64,000 nt of DNA from an uncultured Desulfosarcina sp. (GTDB lineage: Bacteria; Desulfobacterota; Desulfobacteria; Desulfobacterales; Desulfosarcinaceae), in the NCBI GenBank assembly GCA_963674945.2, contig CAXXWQ010000004.1, positions 2,368,001-2,432,000 of the forward strand, written 5' to 3'. The position numbers and the translations under genes are program-made. Below the pieces are notes generated by a model that saw only the letters and a program-made list of their open reading frames with translations, made no database searches and was not told the DNA's origin. Position 1 is the stretch's first letter. The number at the start of each line of letters is the position of its first letter. Positions 1 through 10,440 of this stretch are shown here, in pieces.

Positions 1-957
1 ATGATCATGGCCGACTACCCCGTCGAGCGCCGCGAGGCGCTGGCCGCGCTCCTTCCCTTTCAACGCGAGGATTTCGCCGGACTCTTTCGGGTCATGGACG
101 GAAGACCGGTCATCGTGCGCCTCATCGACCCCCCGTTGCATGAATTTTTGCCGGATCTGGTGGAGTTGGTGGCCGAACTGGCAGATTTGAAAATTCAGCT
201 CAAGCACGCACCCGACATGGCGGCCATCGATAACCTGCTGGGCCAGATCCGCGTAAAAGAGCAGCTTCGAAAAAGGGCACTGAGCCTGCGGGAGGCCAAT
301 CCCATGCTGGGCCTGCGGGGGGTCCGCCTTGGTATCTACATTCCCGAACTGACCACCATGCAGGTCCGGGCGATCTTCGAGGCGGCCTGCATGGTTCACA
401 AGGAGGGAATCCGTGTTCAGCCGGAAGTGATGATTCCGTTGACCAGCCACGTCAACGAACTGGTTCGACAGCGGTCGGCGCTGGAGGCCGAAGCACGGAC
501 GGTAATGAAGGAACAGGGCGTTACCATCGAATACAAATTCGGGACCATGATCGAACTGCCGCGGGCGGCACTCACTGCAGATAAAATTGCCGAAAAAGCC
601 GAATTTTTCTCCTTCGGCACCAATGATTTGACACAAACCACTTACGGTATCTCCAGGGACGACGCCGAGACCGGATTTCTAATCGATTACATGGAGACGG
701 GGATCTTGCCCGCAAATCCATTTGCTACGTTGGATCCGGATGGCGTGGGGCAACTCATCGACATGGCGGTAAAAAAGGGCCGCAGTGTGAAGCCGGACCT
801 GGAGTGCGGCATCTGCGGCGAGCACGGCGGAGAGCCCAAATCCATCGCCCTGTGCCACCAGCTGGGGCTCTCCTATGTCTCCTGCTCGCCCTTCCGGGTG
901 CCCATCGCCCGGTTGGCGGCGGCCCATGCGGCGATTGATGATAATGCTGGTCGATGA
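1..957 (+). CDS. ppdK: Pyruvate, phosphate dikinase, C-terminal part (5' truncated by window edge)
   Basis: PEP-utilising C-terminal domain motifs: RLIDPPLHEFLP, EANPMLGLRGVRL, EFFSFGTNDLTQ, GICGEHGG, YVSCSPFRVPIARLAAA. Confidence 0.95.
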   Translation: MIMADYPVERREALAALLPFQREDFAGLFRVMDGRPVIVRLIDPPLHEFLPDLVELVAELADLKIQLKHAPDMAAIDNLLGQIRVKEQLRKRALSLREANPMLGLRGVRLGIYIPELTTMQVRAIFEAACMVHKEGIRVQPEVMIPLTSHVNELVRQRSALEAEARTVMKEQGVTIEYKFGTMIELPRAALTADKIAEKAEFFSFGTNDLTQTTYGISRDDAETGFLIDYMETGILPANPFATLDPDGVGQLIDMAVKKGRSVKPDLECGICGEHGGEPKSIALCHQLGLSYVSCSPFRVPIARLAAAHAAIDDNAGR

Positions 958-1129
958 GGAGCCACCATTCGTTAGTGGTATCGCTGCCAGTTGATGCGTA
1001 CTATCACAAAATAGTGTTAAGTGTTAAGGAAAGGATATATATCATTTTGAATTGAAATCGAGTCGGTCCCAATCAGCGGACAAGCCACATAAAAATCTAT
1101 CATCGATAGAATACATTAACTTAACATCG

Positions 1130-1253
1130 GACGGTTTTGTAAAAAGTTTGGGATCAAGGCTTGTGAGTCCCGAGGAATGAGGCGTATTCATAATACGTCG
1201 CAGTGACGAGGGATGAAGCGTAACGCCGATATCGGACTTTTTACGAAGCCGTC
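1130..1253. repeat. 124-bp MITE/REP-like element with terminal inverted repeats
   Basis: Left end GACGGTTTTGTAAAAAGTTT matches the reverse complement of the right end, GACGGCTTCGTAAAAAGTCC, at 16/20. Non-coding and intergenic. Confidence 0.6.
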
Positions 1254-1281
1254 AATCCTTACCACTTGATTCGGAGATTAA

Positions 1282-4200
1282 ATGCGCCACACATCCTTGC
1301 TCACCGTTCTTTTAATGCTCATTCTCTTTCTCTCATCAACAGCCCACGCCGCAGACGTTCCCGACTCCCTTTCCCAGTGGGAAAAATGGGTGCTCCACGG
1401 TGATAAGGAACAAAACTGTCCCGTTCCCTTCGATGGCAAGGCACAACGACACTGCTGGTGGCCGTCGTACCTGTCCTTGGACGTGGGAGACCGGGGCGGC
1501 CTGTTCACCATGAAGGTGCGCGTGTATGGACCGACCTGGGTGTTTCTTCCCGGTGATGAGGATCACTGGCCCGAATCGGTGGCCATCGGCGAAAACGGCA
1601 TACCGGTGACGGATGTCAAGGAGCGGCCTGCCGTCTGGCTGACACCCGGCGACTGGCAAATCAACGGGGCATTCGTCTGGGATGGACAGCCCGAACGTCT
1701 TCAGCTGCCCGTTGAAACGGGAATCGTATCCTTGACCGTCGACGGCAACGAAATCCAGGAACCGGACCTTGATGCCCAGGGCCGACTGCGCCTGCAATCC
1801 AAAAAAAATTTTTCCGGAAGCAAAGAGACGGTCAAGGCGCAGCTTTTCCGGCTCATCGAAGACGGCATTCCCCTTCGGATCGTCACCCGGGTCATGCTTC
1901 AGGTCTCCGGAGGAGCCCGGGATATCCAACTGGCATCCGTGCTGCCCGCCGGCGCTACCGTGATGAAGGTCGACAGCCCGCTGCCCGTCCGGATCTCGGA
2001 TGATGGTGGACTTCTCGTCCAGGGTCGTCCGGGCCATTGGGACATCGACGTGACCGTACGCCTCGCCGGACCGGTGGAAACCCTTTCCATGGGAAAAGGC
2101 GTTTACGGCGAGGAGACATGGTCATTCAAGGCCGCCAACCACCTGCGCATGGTGACGATTTCCGGTGCTCCCGCCGTCGAACCATCCCGGACCCGCATGC
2201 CCGATGCGTGGAAACGGTTTCCCGCATACCAGGTGAAACCGGGGGGGACACTTTCGCTTGCCACCATACGCCGGGGAGACCCGGACCCGTCGCCGGATCA
2301 GTTGAAACTGACACGAACCTGGTGGCTGGATTTCGATGGATCGGGGTTTACCGTCCACGACAGCATCGACGGCCGTCTCAACCGCACCTGGCACCTGGCC
2401 ATGGTACCCCCCATGGAACTGGGACGGGTGGCCGTCGATGGCAGGGACCAGTTGATTACCCTTCAGGGGAAGGGACCATGGCCCGGTGTCCAAATGCGCC
2501 GGGGCATGGTGAACCTGGAGGCGGACAGTCGGATACGTAAAACCGGATCCACACTGCCGGCCATCGGCTGGGACCACGATTTTCAGAGTGTCGGCGGCCT
2601 GCTTCACCTGCCGCCGGGATGGCGCCTGTTTGCCGCCACCGGGGTCGACATTCCGGAAGGCACCTGGCTTTCGCGCTGGAGCCTGCTTGACCTTTTCCTT
2701 GCCCTGATTATCTCCATCGGCGCTTATAAATGCTATGGCAGGACCACCGGCCTCGTAACCCTTTTCACCCTGGCGTTGATCTTCCAGGAACCGGGGGCAC
2801 CCCGCCAGGTCTGGCTTCACCTGCTTGCCGCCGGTGCATTGCTCAGATATCTTCCCGACGGCTGGTTCAAACGGCTCATCAACCTCTGGCGCGCTGCCGC
2901 CATCATCGTGCTGATCGTCATTGCCCTGCCTTTCATGGTGCAACAGGTTCGCATTGCCATTTACCCGCAACTTTCCAACGCCTTTTGGCCGGTATCGCAT
3001 CGCCCGTTGGTTTCACAAATCGAGGATCGTCTGGCGCCGCAGATGGCCATGGAAATGGATTCCGTATCCATCGCAAAACAGGCGAGAAAAGCCATGGACA
3101 AAGGTCGGCAGTTGGAACCCGAAGCACCGGGGCCCGCCTTCCAACATACGATTTCCGATTCCGATGCTCTCATTCAGACGGGTCCGGGACTTCCCGCCTG
3201 GAGATGGCAATCCGTCCGGCTGCGATGGAACGGACCGGTGGACCAGAGCCAAAACATGCGTCTGTGGCTGATGGGTCCCTTTTTGAACATGGTTTTGGGA
3301 TTGGCCCGCGTCGCCCTTCTGGCCATTTTAACCATGTTTTTTCTCGATCTTCGCAATTGGCGACGACACCTGCCCGGATTGGCCGACAAAGGCGTTTCCA
3401 TGGCCGGTCTCCTCCTGGTGGTCCCAATCTTTGCCCAGGTTTTTTTCGTTGAAACGGCCCATTCTGACTTCCCGCCCGACCACCTGCTGGAAGAGCTCCA
3501 TCAGCGGCTTACCGAACCACCGCCATGCCTTCCCCATTGTGCCGACGTGAGCCGCCTGGAACTGACTGCCACGCCGGATCAGCTGCGCCTGTTCATGCAG
3601 ATTCACGCCCAGGCCGACACGGCCATCCCATTGCCCGTTACCCTCGACGCCTGGCGCCCCCAGTCGGTCATGCTGAATAGTAAACCCGCAGAAAGCCTGA
3701 CCCGGGACGAACACGGCAATCTATGGATGGTCGTTCCCAAGGGTGTTCACCAGGTCAAGTTGACCGGCGCTGCGGGCCACGTCGACGAGATCCGGATATC
3801 CTTTCCCCTGGTTCCCCATATGGGCACCTATGCCGGTGTCGGATGGCAGGCACGGGGATTTGCACCGGGTGGGAAAATGGACGCAACCATCTCCCTGTCC
3901 CGTATGAGCAAAACCGATGAACCCACGGACCAGGCAGCCAGCGCAGCGATTCCCGCCTTCTTTCACGTCACCCGCACTTTGCGCCTGGGCATCCAATGGG
4001 AGGTGACCACACATATCCAGCGACTCACCCCTGTGGGCGATCCGGTGCGACTGGCCGTACCCCTCCTCTTGCCCCAAGCGAAGCTGACCACCGCCGGCAT
4101 TCGTGTCGAAGAGGGTGCGGCGCAGATCGCCATGGGGCCGGGTGAGACGGCGGTCACCTTTTCGACGACCCTTCCCGTATCGCCCAAAATTCAATTGAAA

Positions 4201-5337
4201 GCGCCGACAGGGGTGCCTTGGACGGAGACATGGATCCTGGATGCCGCGACCATATGGCGATGCACCTTTTCCGGGATAACGGTGATTCACCATCAGGATT
4301 CCGGCAGCAACTTTCAGCCCCAATGGCAACCGTGGCCGGGAGAGGCGGTAACCATCGTCGTCGACCGCCCGAAGCCGATTCCCGGACGCACCGTGACCAT
4401 CGACAAAAGCCGTCTCAACCTTTCTCCGGGACAGCGGTTTACCCGCGCCGAACTGACGCTGGCGGCGCGCACCAGCCGGGGTGGTCCCCACGTCATCCAG
4501 TTGCCGGAAGATATCAACCTGCAAACGGTTACGGTAAATGGAAAACCACTGCCGGTGCGCCAGGAGGGACAAAAAATCACCGTTCCACTGGAACCGGGCA
4601 GCCAGACGGTGGAGATTTCATGGCTCCAGTTGACCGACTCCTTGCAGTGGATCCGCTCGCCCCGTATCCATGTGGGCGACGGCGCCGTAAACGCCGATAC
4701 CACCATTCAAATGCCCGACAATCGTTGGATTCTCTTCACCTGGGGGCCGCGCCTCGGTCCCGCCGTCCTCTTCTGGAGTTATGTGATCGTTGTCGTGGTC
4801 GCCGCATGGGGGCTGGGAAAGACCAGACTGACGCCGCTTCGTCCTTACCAATGGCTGTTATTGGGACTGGGGCTGACCCAGATTCCGGCTTACGTTGCCG
4901 TGGCAATCGTGGGATGGCTGCTCTTTCTGGGATACCGCTACCAATGGGATGGCCCCGAAAAACCGTTCGCCTTCAACCTTGTCCAGCTATTGACGATCGT
5001 CCTTACCCTTGCCGCACTGGCAGGGCTTTACGATGCCATCGAACAGGGCCTGCTGGGCATCCCGGATATGCAGATCGCAGGCAACCACTCCAGCCGTCTT
5101 CAGCTCAACTGGACCCAGGACCGCATCGAAGGGCTTATGCCCACCGCCTGGATCATCAGTCTGCCCCATTGGGTCTACCACCTGCTCATGCTGGCGTGGT
5201 CCCTCTGGCTGGCCTATCGCCTTATCTTCTGGTTGCACTGGGGGTGGGGTTGTTTTTCGAAAAACGGCCTTTGGAAAACCATCCGGTGGCGGCGCAAACC
5301 GAAATCGGATGAAACGCTCAACGTAGGAGAGAAATAA
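1282..5337 (+). CDS. Large (1351 aa) signal-peptide, multi-TM membrane protein of unknown function
   Basis: Long ORF with RBS GGAG, an N-terminal signal peptide (…SSTAHA-A), and two clusters of hydrophobic helices separated by beta-rich soluble regions. Confidence 0.8.
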   Translation: MRHTSLLTVLLMLILFLSSTAHAADVPDSLSQWEKWVLHGDKEQNCPVPFDGKAQRHCWWPSYLSLDVGDRGGLFTMKVRVYGPTWVFLPGDEDHWPESVAIGENGIPVTDVKERPAVWLTPGDWQINGAFVWDGQPERLQLPVETGIVSLTVDGNEIQEPDLDAQGRLRLQSKKNFSGSKETVKAQLFRLIEDGIPLRIVTRVMLQVSGGARDIQLASVLPAGATVMKVDSPLPVRISDDGGLLVQGRPGHWDIDVTVRLAGPVETLSMGKGVYGEETWSFKAANHLRMVTISGAPAVEPSRTRMPDAWKRFPAYQVKPGGTLSLATIRRGDPDPSPDQLKLTRTWWLDFDGSGFTVHDSIDGRLNRTWHLAMVPPMELGRVAVDGRDQLITLQGKGPWPGVQMRRGMVNLEADSRIRKTGSTLPAIGWDHDFQSVGGLLHLPPGWRLFAATGVDIPEGTWLSRWSLLDLFLALIISIGAYKCYGRTTGLVTLFTLALIFQEPGAPRQVWLHLLAAGALLRYLPDGWFKRLINLWRAAAIIVLIVIALPFMVQQVRIAIYPQLSNAFWPVSHRPLVSQIEDRLAPQMAMEMDSVSIAKQARKAMDKGRQLEPEAPGPAFQHTISDSDALIQTGPGLPAWRWQSVRLRWNGPVDQSQNMRLWLMGPFLNMVLGLARVALLAILTMFFLDLRNWRRHLPGLADKGVSMAGLLLVVPIFAQVFFVETAHSDFPPDHLLEELHQRLTEPPPCLPHCADVSRLELTATPDQLRLFMQIHAQADTAIPLPVTLDAWRPQSVMLNSKPAESLTRDEHGNLWMVVPKGVHQVKLTGAAGHVDEIRISFPLVPHMGTYAGVGWQARGFAPGGKMDATISLSRMSKTDEPTDQAASAAIPAFFHVTRTLRLGIQWEVTTHIQRLTPVGDPVRLAVPLLLPQAKLTTAGIRVEEGAAQIAMGPGETAVTFSTTLPVSPKIQLKAPTGVPWTETWILDAATIWRCTFSGITVIHHQDSGSNFQPQWQPWPGEAVTIVVDRPKPIPGRTVTIDKSRLNLSPGQRFTRAELTLAARTSRGGPHVIQLPEDINLQTVTVNGKPLPVRQEGQKITVPLEPGSQTVEISWLQLTDSLQWIRSPRIHVGDGAVNADTTIQMPDNRWILFTWGPRLGPAVLFWSYVIVVVVAAWGLGKTRLTPLRPYQWLLLGLGLTQIPAYVAVAIVGWLLFLGYRYQWDGPEKPFAFNLVQLLTIVLTLAALAGLYDAIEQGLLGIPDMQIAGNHSSRLQLNWTQDRIEGLMPTAWIISLPHWVYHLLMLAWSLWLAYRLIFWLHWGWGCFSKNGLWKTIRWRRKPKSDETLNVGEK

Positions 5338-5349
5338 GGAGGAACCACC

Positions 5350-6468
5350 ATGATCATTGGCATCCTGAAAGAGATCAAAAAAGGGGAGAACCGTGTCAGC
5401 ATGACACCGGCAGGAGTGGAGGTGATGATCCATAGCGGTCAAAAGGTCCTGGTGGAAAAAAACGCCGGTACGGGAAGCGGTTTCGACGACGGTTTGTTCT
5501 CCAAAGCCGGCGCCCGGATTATCGACACACCGGAAGCGATTTACGATTCGGCGGACATGGTGATGCATGTCAAAGAGCCCCAACCGTCCGAGTACGACCT
5601 GATCCGGAAAGGTCAGATCGTCTTCACCTACCTTCATCTTGCCGCCGACGAACCACAGACCCTGGCCCTGATTAAAAGCGAATCCGTGTGCATCGCCTAC
5701 GAAACCATCCAGAAGGACGACGGTACGCTGCCGCTTCTCACCCCCATGAGTGAGGTGGCCGGTCGTATGGCCATCCAGCAAGGGGCCAAGTACCTGGAGA
5801 TGGCCCAGGGTGGGCGCGGTATTCTGCTGGGTGGGGTGCCCGGCGTGGAACCGGGAACGGTGGTGGTGATCGGCGGTGGCGTGGTTGGCATCAATGCGGC
5901 CAAGATGGCCTGCGGTCTGGGTGCCAGGGTCTACCTGCTGGACATGAACCTGGACCGGCTGCGCTATTTAAACGACGTGATGCCGGCCAATTGCATCACC
6001 CTCGCGTCCAGTCCGATGGCCATCCGCGAACTGCTCCGACAGGCCGATGTGGTCGTGGGGGCGGTATTGATTCCAGGTGCCAAAGCGCCCAAACTGGTAA
6101 CCCGGGACATGCTCTCCACCATGAAGCCCGGTTCGGTCCTGGTAGACGTGGCCATCGACCAGGGGGGCTGCTTCGAAACCTCCAAACCCACGACCCACGA
6201 CAATCCCACCTACGTGGTGGACGGCGTGGTACACTACTGCGTGGCCAACATACCCGGGGCCGTGGCCAAAACCTCGACCAAGGCATTGACCAACGCTACC
6301 CTTCCCTATGCGGTGCAGATCGCCGACAAGGGGTGGAAAAAGGCCATGGCGGAAAACACCGAGATCAAACGCGGCGCCAACGTGATCGAGGGCAAGGTGA
6401 CCTACCGGGCCGTGGCCGACGCCTTCGGATTGCCCTATGTTGCCGTGGATACGCTAGTCAGTCCATAG
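5350..6468 (+). CDS. ald: Alanine dehydrogenase
   Basis: Motifs [69 protein letters not shown]. Confidence 0.97.
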   Translation: MIIGILKEIKKGENRVSMTPAGVEVMIHSGQKVLVEKNAGTGSGFDDGLFSKAGARIIDTPEAIYDSADMVMHVKEPQPSEYDLIRKGQIVFTYLHLAADEPQTLALIKSESVCIAYETIQKDDGTLPLLTPMSEVAGRMAIQQGAKYLEMAQGGRGILLGGVPGVEPGTVVVIGGGVVGINAAKMACGLGARVYLLDMNLDRLRYLNDVMPANCITLASSPMAIRELLRQADVVVGAVLIPGAKAPKLVTRDMLSTMKPGSVLVDVAIDQGGCFETSKPTTHDNPTYVVDGVVHYCVANIPGAVAKTSTKALTNATLPYAVQIADKGWKKAMAENTEIKRGANVIEGKVTYRAVADAFGLPYVAVDTLVSP

Positions 6469-6613
6469 TTGATTCGATTTTTAAATTCGTTCATGACCTT
6501 CTGTGGAGTGCCGTAGGAACTGGCCATGCCTGCGACGATGATTATCCGGGGATGAAATTTTTCGTGCAACGCCGATATCGGGCAAATTGGCCATTTCTGG
6601 ACTAGTCTAATTA

Positions 6614-6642
6614 TTGACATTAACATGCCAGATCACTATATA
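6614..6642 (+). promoter_or_regulatory. Putative sigma70 promoter of ssrA
   Basis: TTGACA (6614-6619), 17 nt spacer, TATATA (6637-6642), ~25 nt upstream of the tmRNA 5' end. Confidence 0.6.
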
Positions 6643-6666
6643 TAGTTAAAGGTTCTTTTAAAAATT

Positions 6667-7021
6667 GGGGGCGAAACGGCTTCGACGGGGATAAAGAAGC
6701 ACTGACTGCATGCCGAGTTCCTGCCGACTCGTAAAACTGGTGGGATCTAAATATAATCGCAGACGATTATAACTACGCCGTAGCAGCTTAATGCTACCGT
6801 TCTACCGGGTTTTTCCCGCGCACCTGGATAGAGCGTCGACTAGTGGGATAGTCGGTCCTGAGTGCCTGTTCCAGTATCGGCGAAATTAATAACAGGATAG
6901 CCTTTGCAGTACCCTGCCTGATGGAGACTCAGCAGAGGCGATACCCAGAGATCAGGATAAGCATGTAGATGTTCGTGTGGAATGTTTTCGGACGCGGGTT
7001 CGACTCCCGCCGCCTCCACCA
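6667..7021 (+). ncRNA. ssrA: tmRNA (transfer-messenger RNA)
   Basis: 5' GGGGGCGAAACGGCTTCGAC; 3' T-arm GCGGGTTCGACTCCCGC followed by CGCCTCCACCA; internal tag ORF present. Confidence 0.97.
6759..6791 (+). other. tmRNA proteolysis tag reading frame (A)ADDYNYAVAA*
   Basis: GCA GAC GAT TAT AAC TAC GCC GTA GCA GCT TAA after the AT-rich resume context. Confidence 0.9.
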
Positions 7022-7096
7022 TTAAATGGTAACGAAATCAAATATTTATATGTTTTGAAGTGGGCCATATAAGTCGCCCACATGTGGCCCACCCAA

Positions 7097-8275
7097 TCAT
7101 TCATTTCTTTTCCTTAATTTAATTACCTCGCCTCTACGTTTTGTTGTATCTTTGTAGATATCTCTCAGATCGTCAGATTCAAGTCTAAAATAACGTTCGA
7201 AGGCTTTATTAGTCGAGTGCATTGTTGCGCGTCGGATCTCTTCAGGGGTCCTGTATTTGCGCAGGGCGATGGCTGAGCTATGCCTTGTTCCACCATAAAG
7301 ATCAACGCCCTCAATTCCAAGTTTTTCGCAGGCCCGAATCCACCATTTATAGAAATATTTTTCACCGAACGGCTGGTTTTCCCTGACGCTTTGAAGGCCT
7401 TTTTGGTGTCTGAAAAATGCCAGCTCTGGAAAGCCTTTCGGAAACGACTTAATCAGCTCAATATCTTCATCAAGCATCGGGACGAGTTTTGGCCTTTTTT
7501 CTTTTGGGTCAGGTATCATCAGGTAACCGTTACCGGTGTCGATGTGTTTTTCTTTGATCCTGATCAGCTCTCCAGGACGAATCGATATATATGTACATAG
7601 CCATTTGATACCGAGCCAGATCTTTGGGTTGATATGGAATGTCATCTCGCGGACAGCTTCAAGGATTGACTCTTGTGTTTCTTTGTCCACTGTCGTTCTG
7701 AATCCAAGCTCGAATTTTGTCTCTGGGAATTCCGGCATCTGGTCCGGCCTGATGAGTCTGCGCTTGCGAAGCCAGACCCAGAAATCATGCAGTGCAGACC
7801 GAACATTTGAGCGTGTTTTGTCTGAGATTGGCTTTCCAGTTTTTCCTACCTTTTGATCAAGCAGGAAGTCTTCAATCTCAGCGTAGCCTATCTCTTTGAT
7901 GTTGCGGTTGCCCCAAGCCTGGATAGCCCTGACCATATAGTTGAAAAGGTTTCGATATGATTTGGGTTTTGTTTCGCGTTCTTTGACCTCAAGCCATTTG
8001 GTGGCAAGGTTTTCAAACCCAAGCGGGTTATCGTGCTTATAGTCACGGACATCAAATGTGCCCTCATCATGTTTGAAACGAAGCCCAGTCAAGAATCTCT
8101 GTGCTGCAAAGTAATCGTTTTTGAATCTCTTGCGGACTTTCCTGCCGAATTTTACGCGGAATGAAGTTGCTCTCTTATCTGGATGGTTTGGGCAGATAAG
8201 CCCGTCTCTCCCATTATCTAAGAATTTGCTGTTGCACAGAGGACAGCGTTGGTCTGAATAAATGCCACCGATCAT
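7097..8275 (-). CDS. Tyrosine recombinase/integrase with N-terminal Cys cluster
   Basis: Catalytic-type residues SIRPGEL (R), PKEK (K), GGTRHS (R), MHST (H), FERYF (Y). N-terminal CPLC…CPNH. Start placed after RBS AAGGAGG (the ORF track starts at 8314). Confidence 0.9.
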   Translation of the reverse strand: MIGGIYSDQRCPLCNSKFLDNGRDGLICPNHPDKRATSFRVKFGRKVRKRFKNDYFAAQRFLTGLRFKHDEGTFDVRDYKHDNPLGFENLATKWLEVKERETKPKSYRNLFNYMVRAIQAWGNRNIKEIGYAEIEDFLLDQKVGKTGKPISDKTRSNVRSALHDFWVWLRKRRLIRPDQMPEFPETKFELGFRTTVDKETQESILEAVREMTFHINPKIWLGIKWLCTYISIRPGELIRIKEKHIDTGNGYLMIPDPKEKRPKLVPMLDEDIELIKSFPKGFPELAFFRHQKGLQSVRENQPFGEKYFYKWWIRACEKLGIEGVDLYGGTRHSSAIALRKYRTPEEIRRATMHSTNKAFERYFRLESDDLRDIYKDTTKRRGEVIKLRKRNE

Positions 8276-8376
8276 GCAAAGACCTCCTTGCTGATTTTTT
8301 GATGGTGGCATCATATCAATTCGACCTGTTAAGTGTCAATCACGCTGCATTTTCAGATAGTTAATTGATTTTAAAC

Positions 8377-10440
8377 TCAAATATAAAACTCCGATATCGG
8401 CCTGAACTCTAAAGCATCTCCGTAGGTGTAGATCAGATCACCTGCCTTCCCCATGCACTTGTCGATGTCTGTATCGTCGGCAACGATTATCACCCGGTCT
8501 GCCAATTTGTTTTCGAGTGCGGTGGTGATGTTGTCCTGGATGTTTTTGTCGTGGATGGTGATCTCGTAGTCGTGGCTCTCGCCGTCTTTTTCGGCATAGA
8601 CATCCATCCTATGCGGGTGGCCGTTAGCAGTGGCTTCGAGGGTGCAGGTCCACCCATCGTTTTCAAGCTGCATCTTGACCAGCTCGGCATATACCTGGTG
8701 CTTGACTCCGGGCCTGTTCCAGGCATGGGCTTTGATTCCCATCCTTTGGTGAGCTTGCGGTGTGAGGCGCATGAAGGTGTATGGCTTGCCTTTTTTCTGA
8801 ATTTTTACAGTTTCTTTAATGATGTAGCCGTTCTTGATCAGGCTATTCTGTGTTTTGTTTGCAGTGTTTGGGTTAAATCCGCACTCTTTATAGATCTGTG
8901 TCACGTACATCAGCGGGTTTTCGTGGATGGTGCGCATCAGCAGCTCTTCATCCGGTGTGGTGCGTGGTAATGGTGTCGGGCGTTTTGCCGGGTCTGGTTT
9001 TGGTTCAATTGTTTGCGGTGTTGGAACGTCCGGGATCTCGTATTGTTTGAGGAACTCGTTGTTGTACTCGACCACCTCTTCATCTGGCACCCTTCTGTCC
9101 GGGTCGGGGACGTGCGGGAACTGGACTGGGAATGGTGTTGGGTATCCAGCGTATTTGATAATTGCATGGCCGTGGCCTTCAGCAGACAGTTGCCGGTAAA
9201 ATTCCATTTGGGCTTGATTTAATCCGAGAGACATGGCCGCGTCCATCAGCTCTTTTCCATCTGAGAGAGGGAATGCGATCATAGTGTTGACGTTGGCTTT
9301 GATTGTTGTGGACACGCTTTTGGGTTCCTGGGTGGCTACTATGAAGCCGATGTTCATCTTTCTTGCCAGGGCATACTGTTTCTCAAGTTCCTTTTCGCCG
9401 AATCCGGTTGTTGCGCGGCTGAACAGGTCCCTGCCTTCGTCCATGATGATCAGGTTCAGATGGTCGGTTCGCTCGTGTTTTTTGTAGTGGTACAGCCTGC
9501 TCAAGAGCATTGCAGTGCGGAACATGTCGATCTCTGATATTGAGTCACCGATCTCGAAAACTGCGTCCATGTGCATCAGGTCTTCGATTGGGATGTGCAC
9601 ATTCCGGCTGTGCCTATCGTACTCTGAAAGTCCAATGAATCTGTTTACAAGCGACTGGATAGGGTCGCCTTCGCGGAATGATCCAGAGGCCTTCACATCT
9701 GCTCTGCATTTTTCAAGCATCTCTTCAGTCGTTGGGTATGGTTTTCCGTCAGCTTCAAAGTCAATGAGTGCGGATATGAGTTGGTTTTTTGACGCTATTT
9801 TGAACTGTTGCTCTGTTCCCATGATCTGGGCGACTATCCAGCGCCATGTGTAGTTAGGCATATAAGGTGTGGGCGGTCTGAACAGGTCTTCGCGCATGTC
9901 CTGGAGTGTGAATATTTTGAACTTCGGATAAAGGAAGTTCCGGAATGATTTTGCCGGCTCGAACACCCAGATTGATATCTTATCGCCAAGAACAGTTTTG
10001 AGCGCTGCAATCATTGCAAGGATACCTCTGGATTTGCCTCTGCCTGGGCTTCCGCAGATGAACATATGCCGTCTGAAATCACCGGGCGACATTATCATTC
10101 CATCTGGTGGGCCTCCTTCGCCGAACGGATCATTGATTGCGGCAACCGGAATGTTGCCGGTGAAGTTTTCTGTGGTGGGGCGCGGGTAGAACGGATCGGC
10201 CTCTTGTTTTTGGACTTCGATCTGGTTTTGTATTGTCCATTGTTGGATGAGCGGCATCTGGTCCTTGATCATGTATTCGACCTCTGACCAGTCGCCTGTC
10301 TGTTGTGCAATTCCTATCAATTGAGCAAATACAGGGTGGTTTTCAAGGCCAGCCGATTTGGCGATTGCCATCAAGGCTCGGGGATCAGGTTGTTTCATTC
10401 GAGGATTTTGCGGTTTTTTGTATCTCTTTTGTCTCATCAC
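8377..10440 (-). CDS. HerA/VirD4-like P-loop ATPase with C-terminal wHTH and PD-(D/E)XK-like region
   Basis: Walker A HMFICGSPGRGKS, Walker B IIMDEG, GFIVATQEP; Pro-rich linker; tail KHQ…E…HRMDVYAE…DYEI. Confidence 0.7.
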   Translation of the reverse strand: MMRQKRYKKPQNPRMKQPDPRALMAIAKSAGLENHPVFAQLIGIAQQTGDWSEVEYMIKDQMPLIQQWTIQNQIEVQKQEADPFYPRPTTENFTGNIPVAAINDPFGEGGPPDGMIMSPGDFRRHMFICGSPGRGKSRGILAMIAALKTVLGDKISIWVFEPAKSFRNFLYPKFKIFTLQDMREDLFRPPTPYMPNYTWRWIVAQIMGTEQQFKIASKNQLISALIDFEADGKPYPTTEEMLEKCRADVKASGSFREGDPIQSLVNRFIGLSEYDRHSRNVHIPIEDLMHMDAVFEIGDSISEIDMFRTAMLLSRLYHYKKHERTDHLNLIIMDEGRDLFSRATTGFGEKELEKQYALARKMNIGFIVATQEPKSVSTTIKANVNTMIAFPLSDGKELMDAAMSLGLNQAQMEFYRQLSAEGHGHAIIKYAGYPTPFPVQFPHVPDPDRRVPDEEVVEYNNEFLKQYEIPDVPTPQTIEPKPDPAKRPTPLPRTTPDEELLMRTIHENPLMYVTQIYKECGFNPNTANKTQNSLIKNGYIIKETVKIQKKGKPYTFMRLTPQAHQRMGIKAHAWNRPGVKHQVYAELVKMQLENDGWTCTLEATANGHPHRMDVYAEKDGESHDYEITIHDKNIQDNITTALENKLADRVIIVADDTDIDKCMGKAGDLIYTYGDALEFRPISEFYI

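Noticed and set aside
1336..6605. Numerous overlapping alternative-frame ORFs in the GC-rich backbone
   Set aside because: They are shadows of the long real genes, with no motifs or RBS support; the same applies to antisense ORFs within the IS elements and dnaE.
6633..6648. NrdR-like 16-mer TCACTATATATAGTTA at the ssrA promoter
   Set aside because: It is a single copy coinciding with a TA-rich -10 region and is likely chance.
6840..7022. 60-aa minus-strand ORF (MVEAAGVEPAS…)
   Set aside because: It is the antisense shadow of tmRNA.
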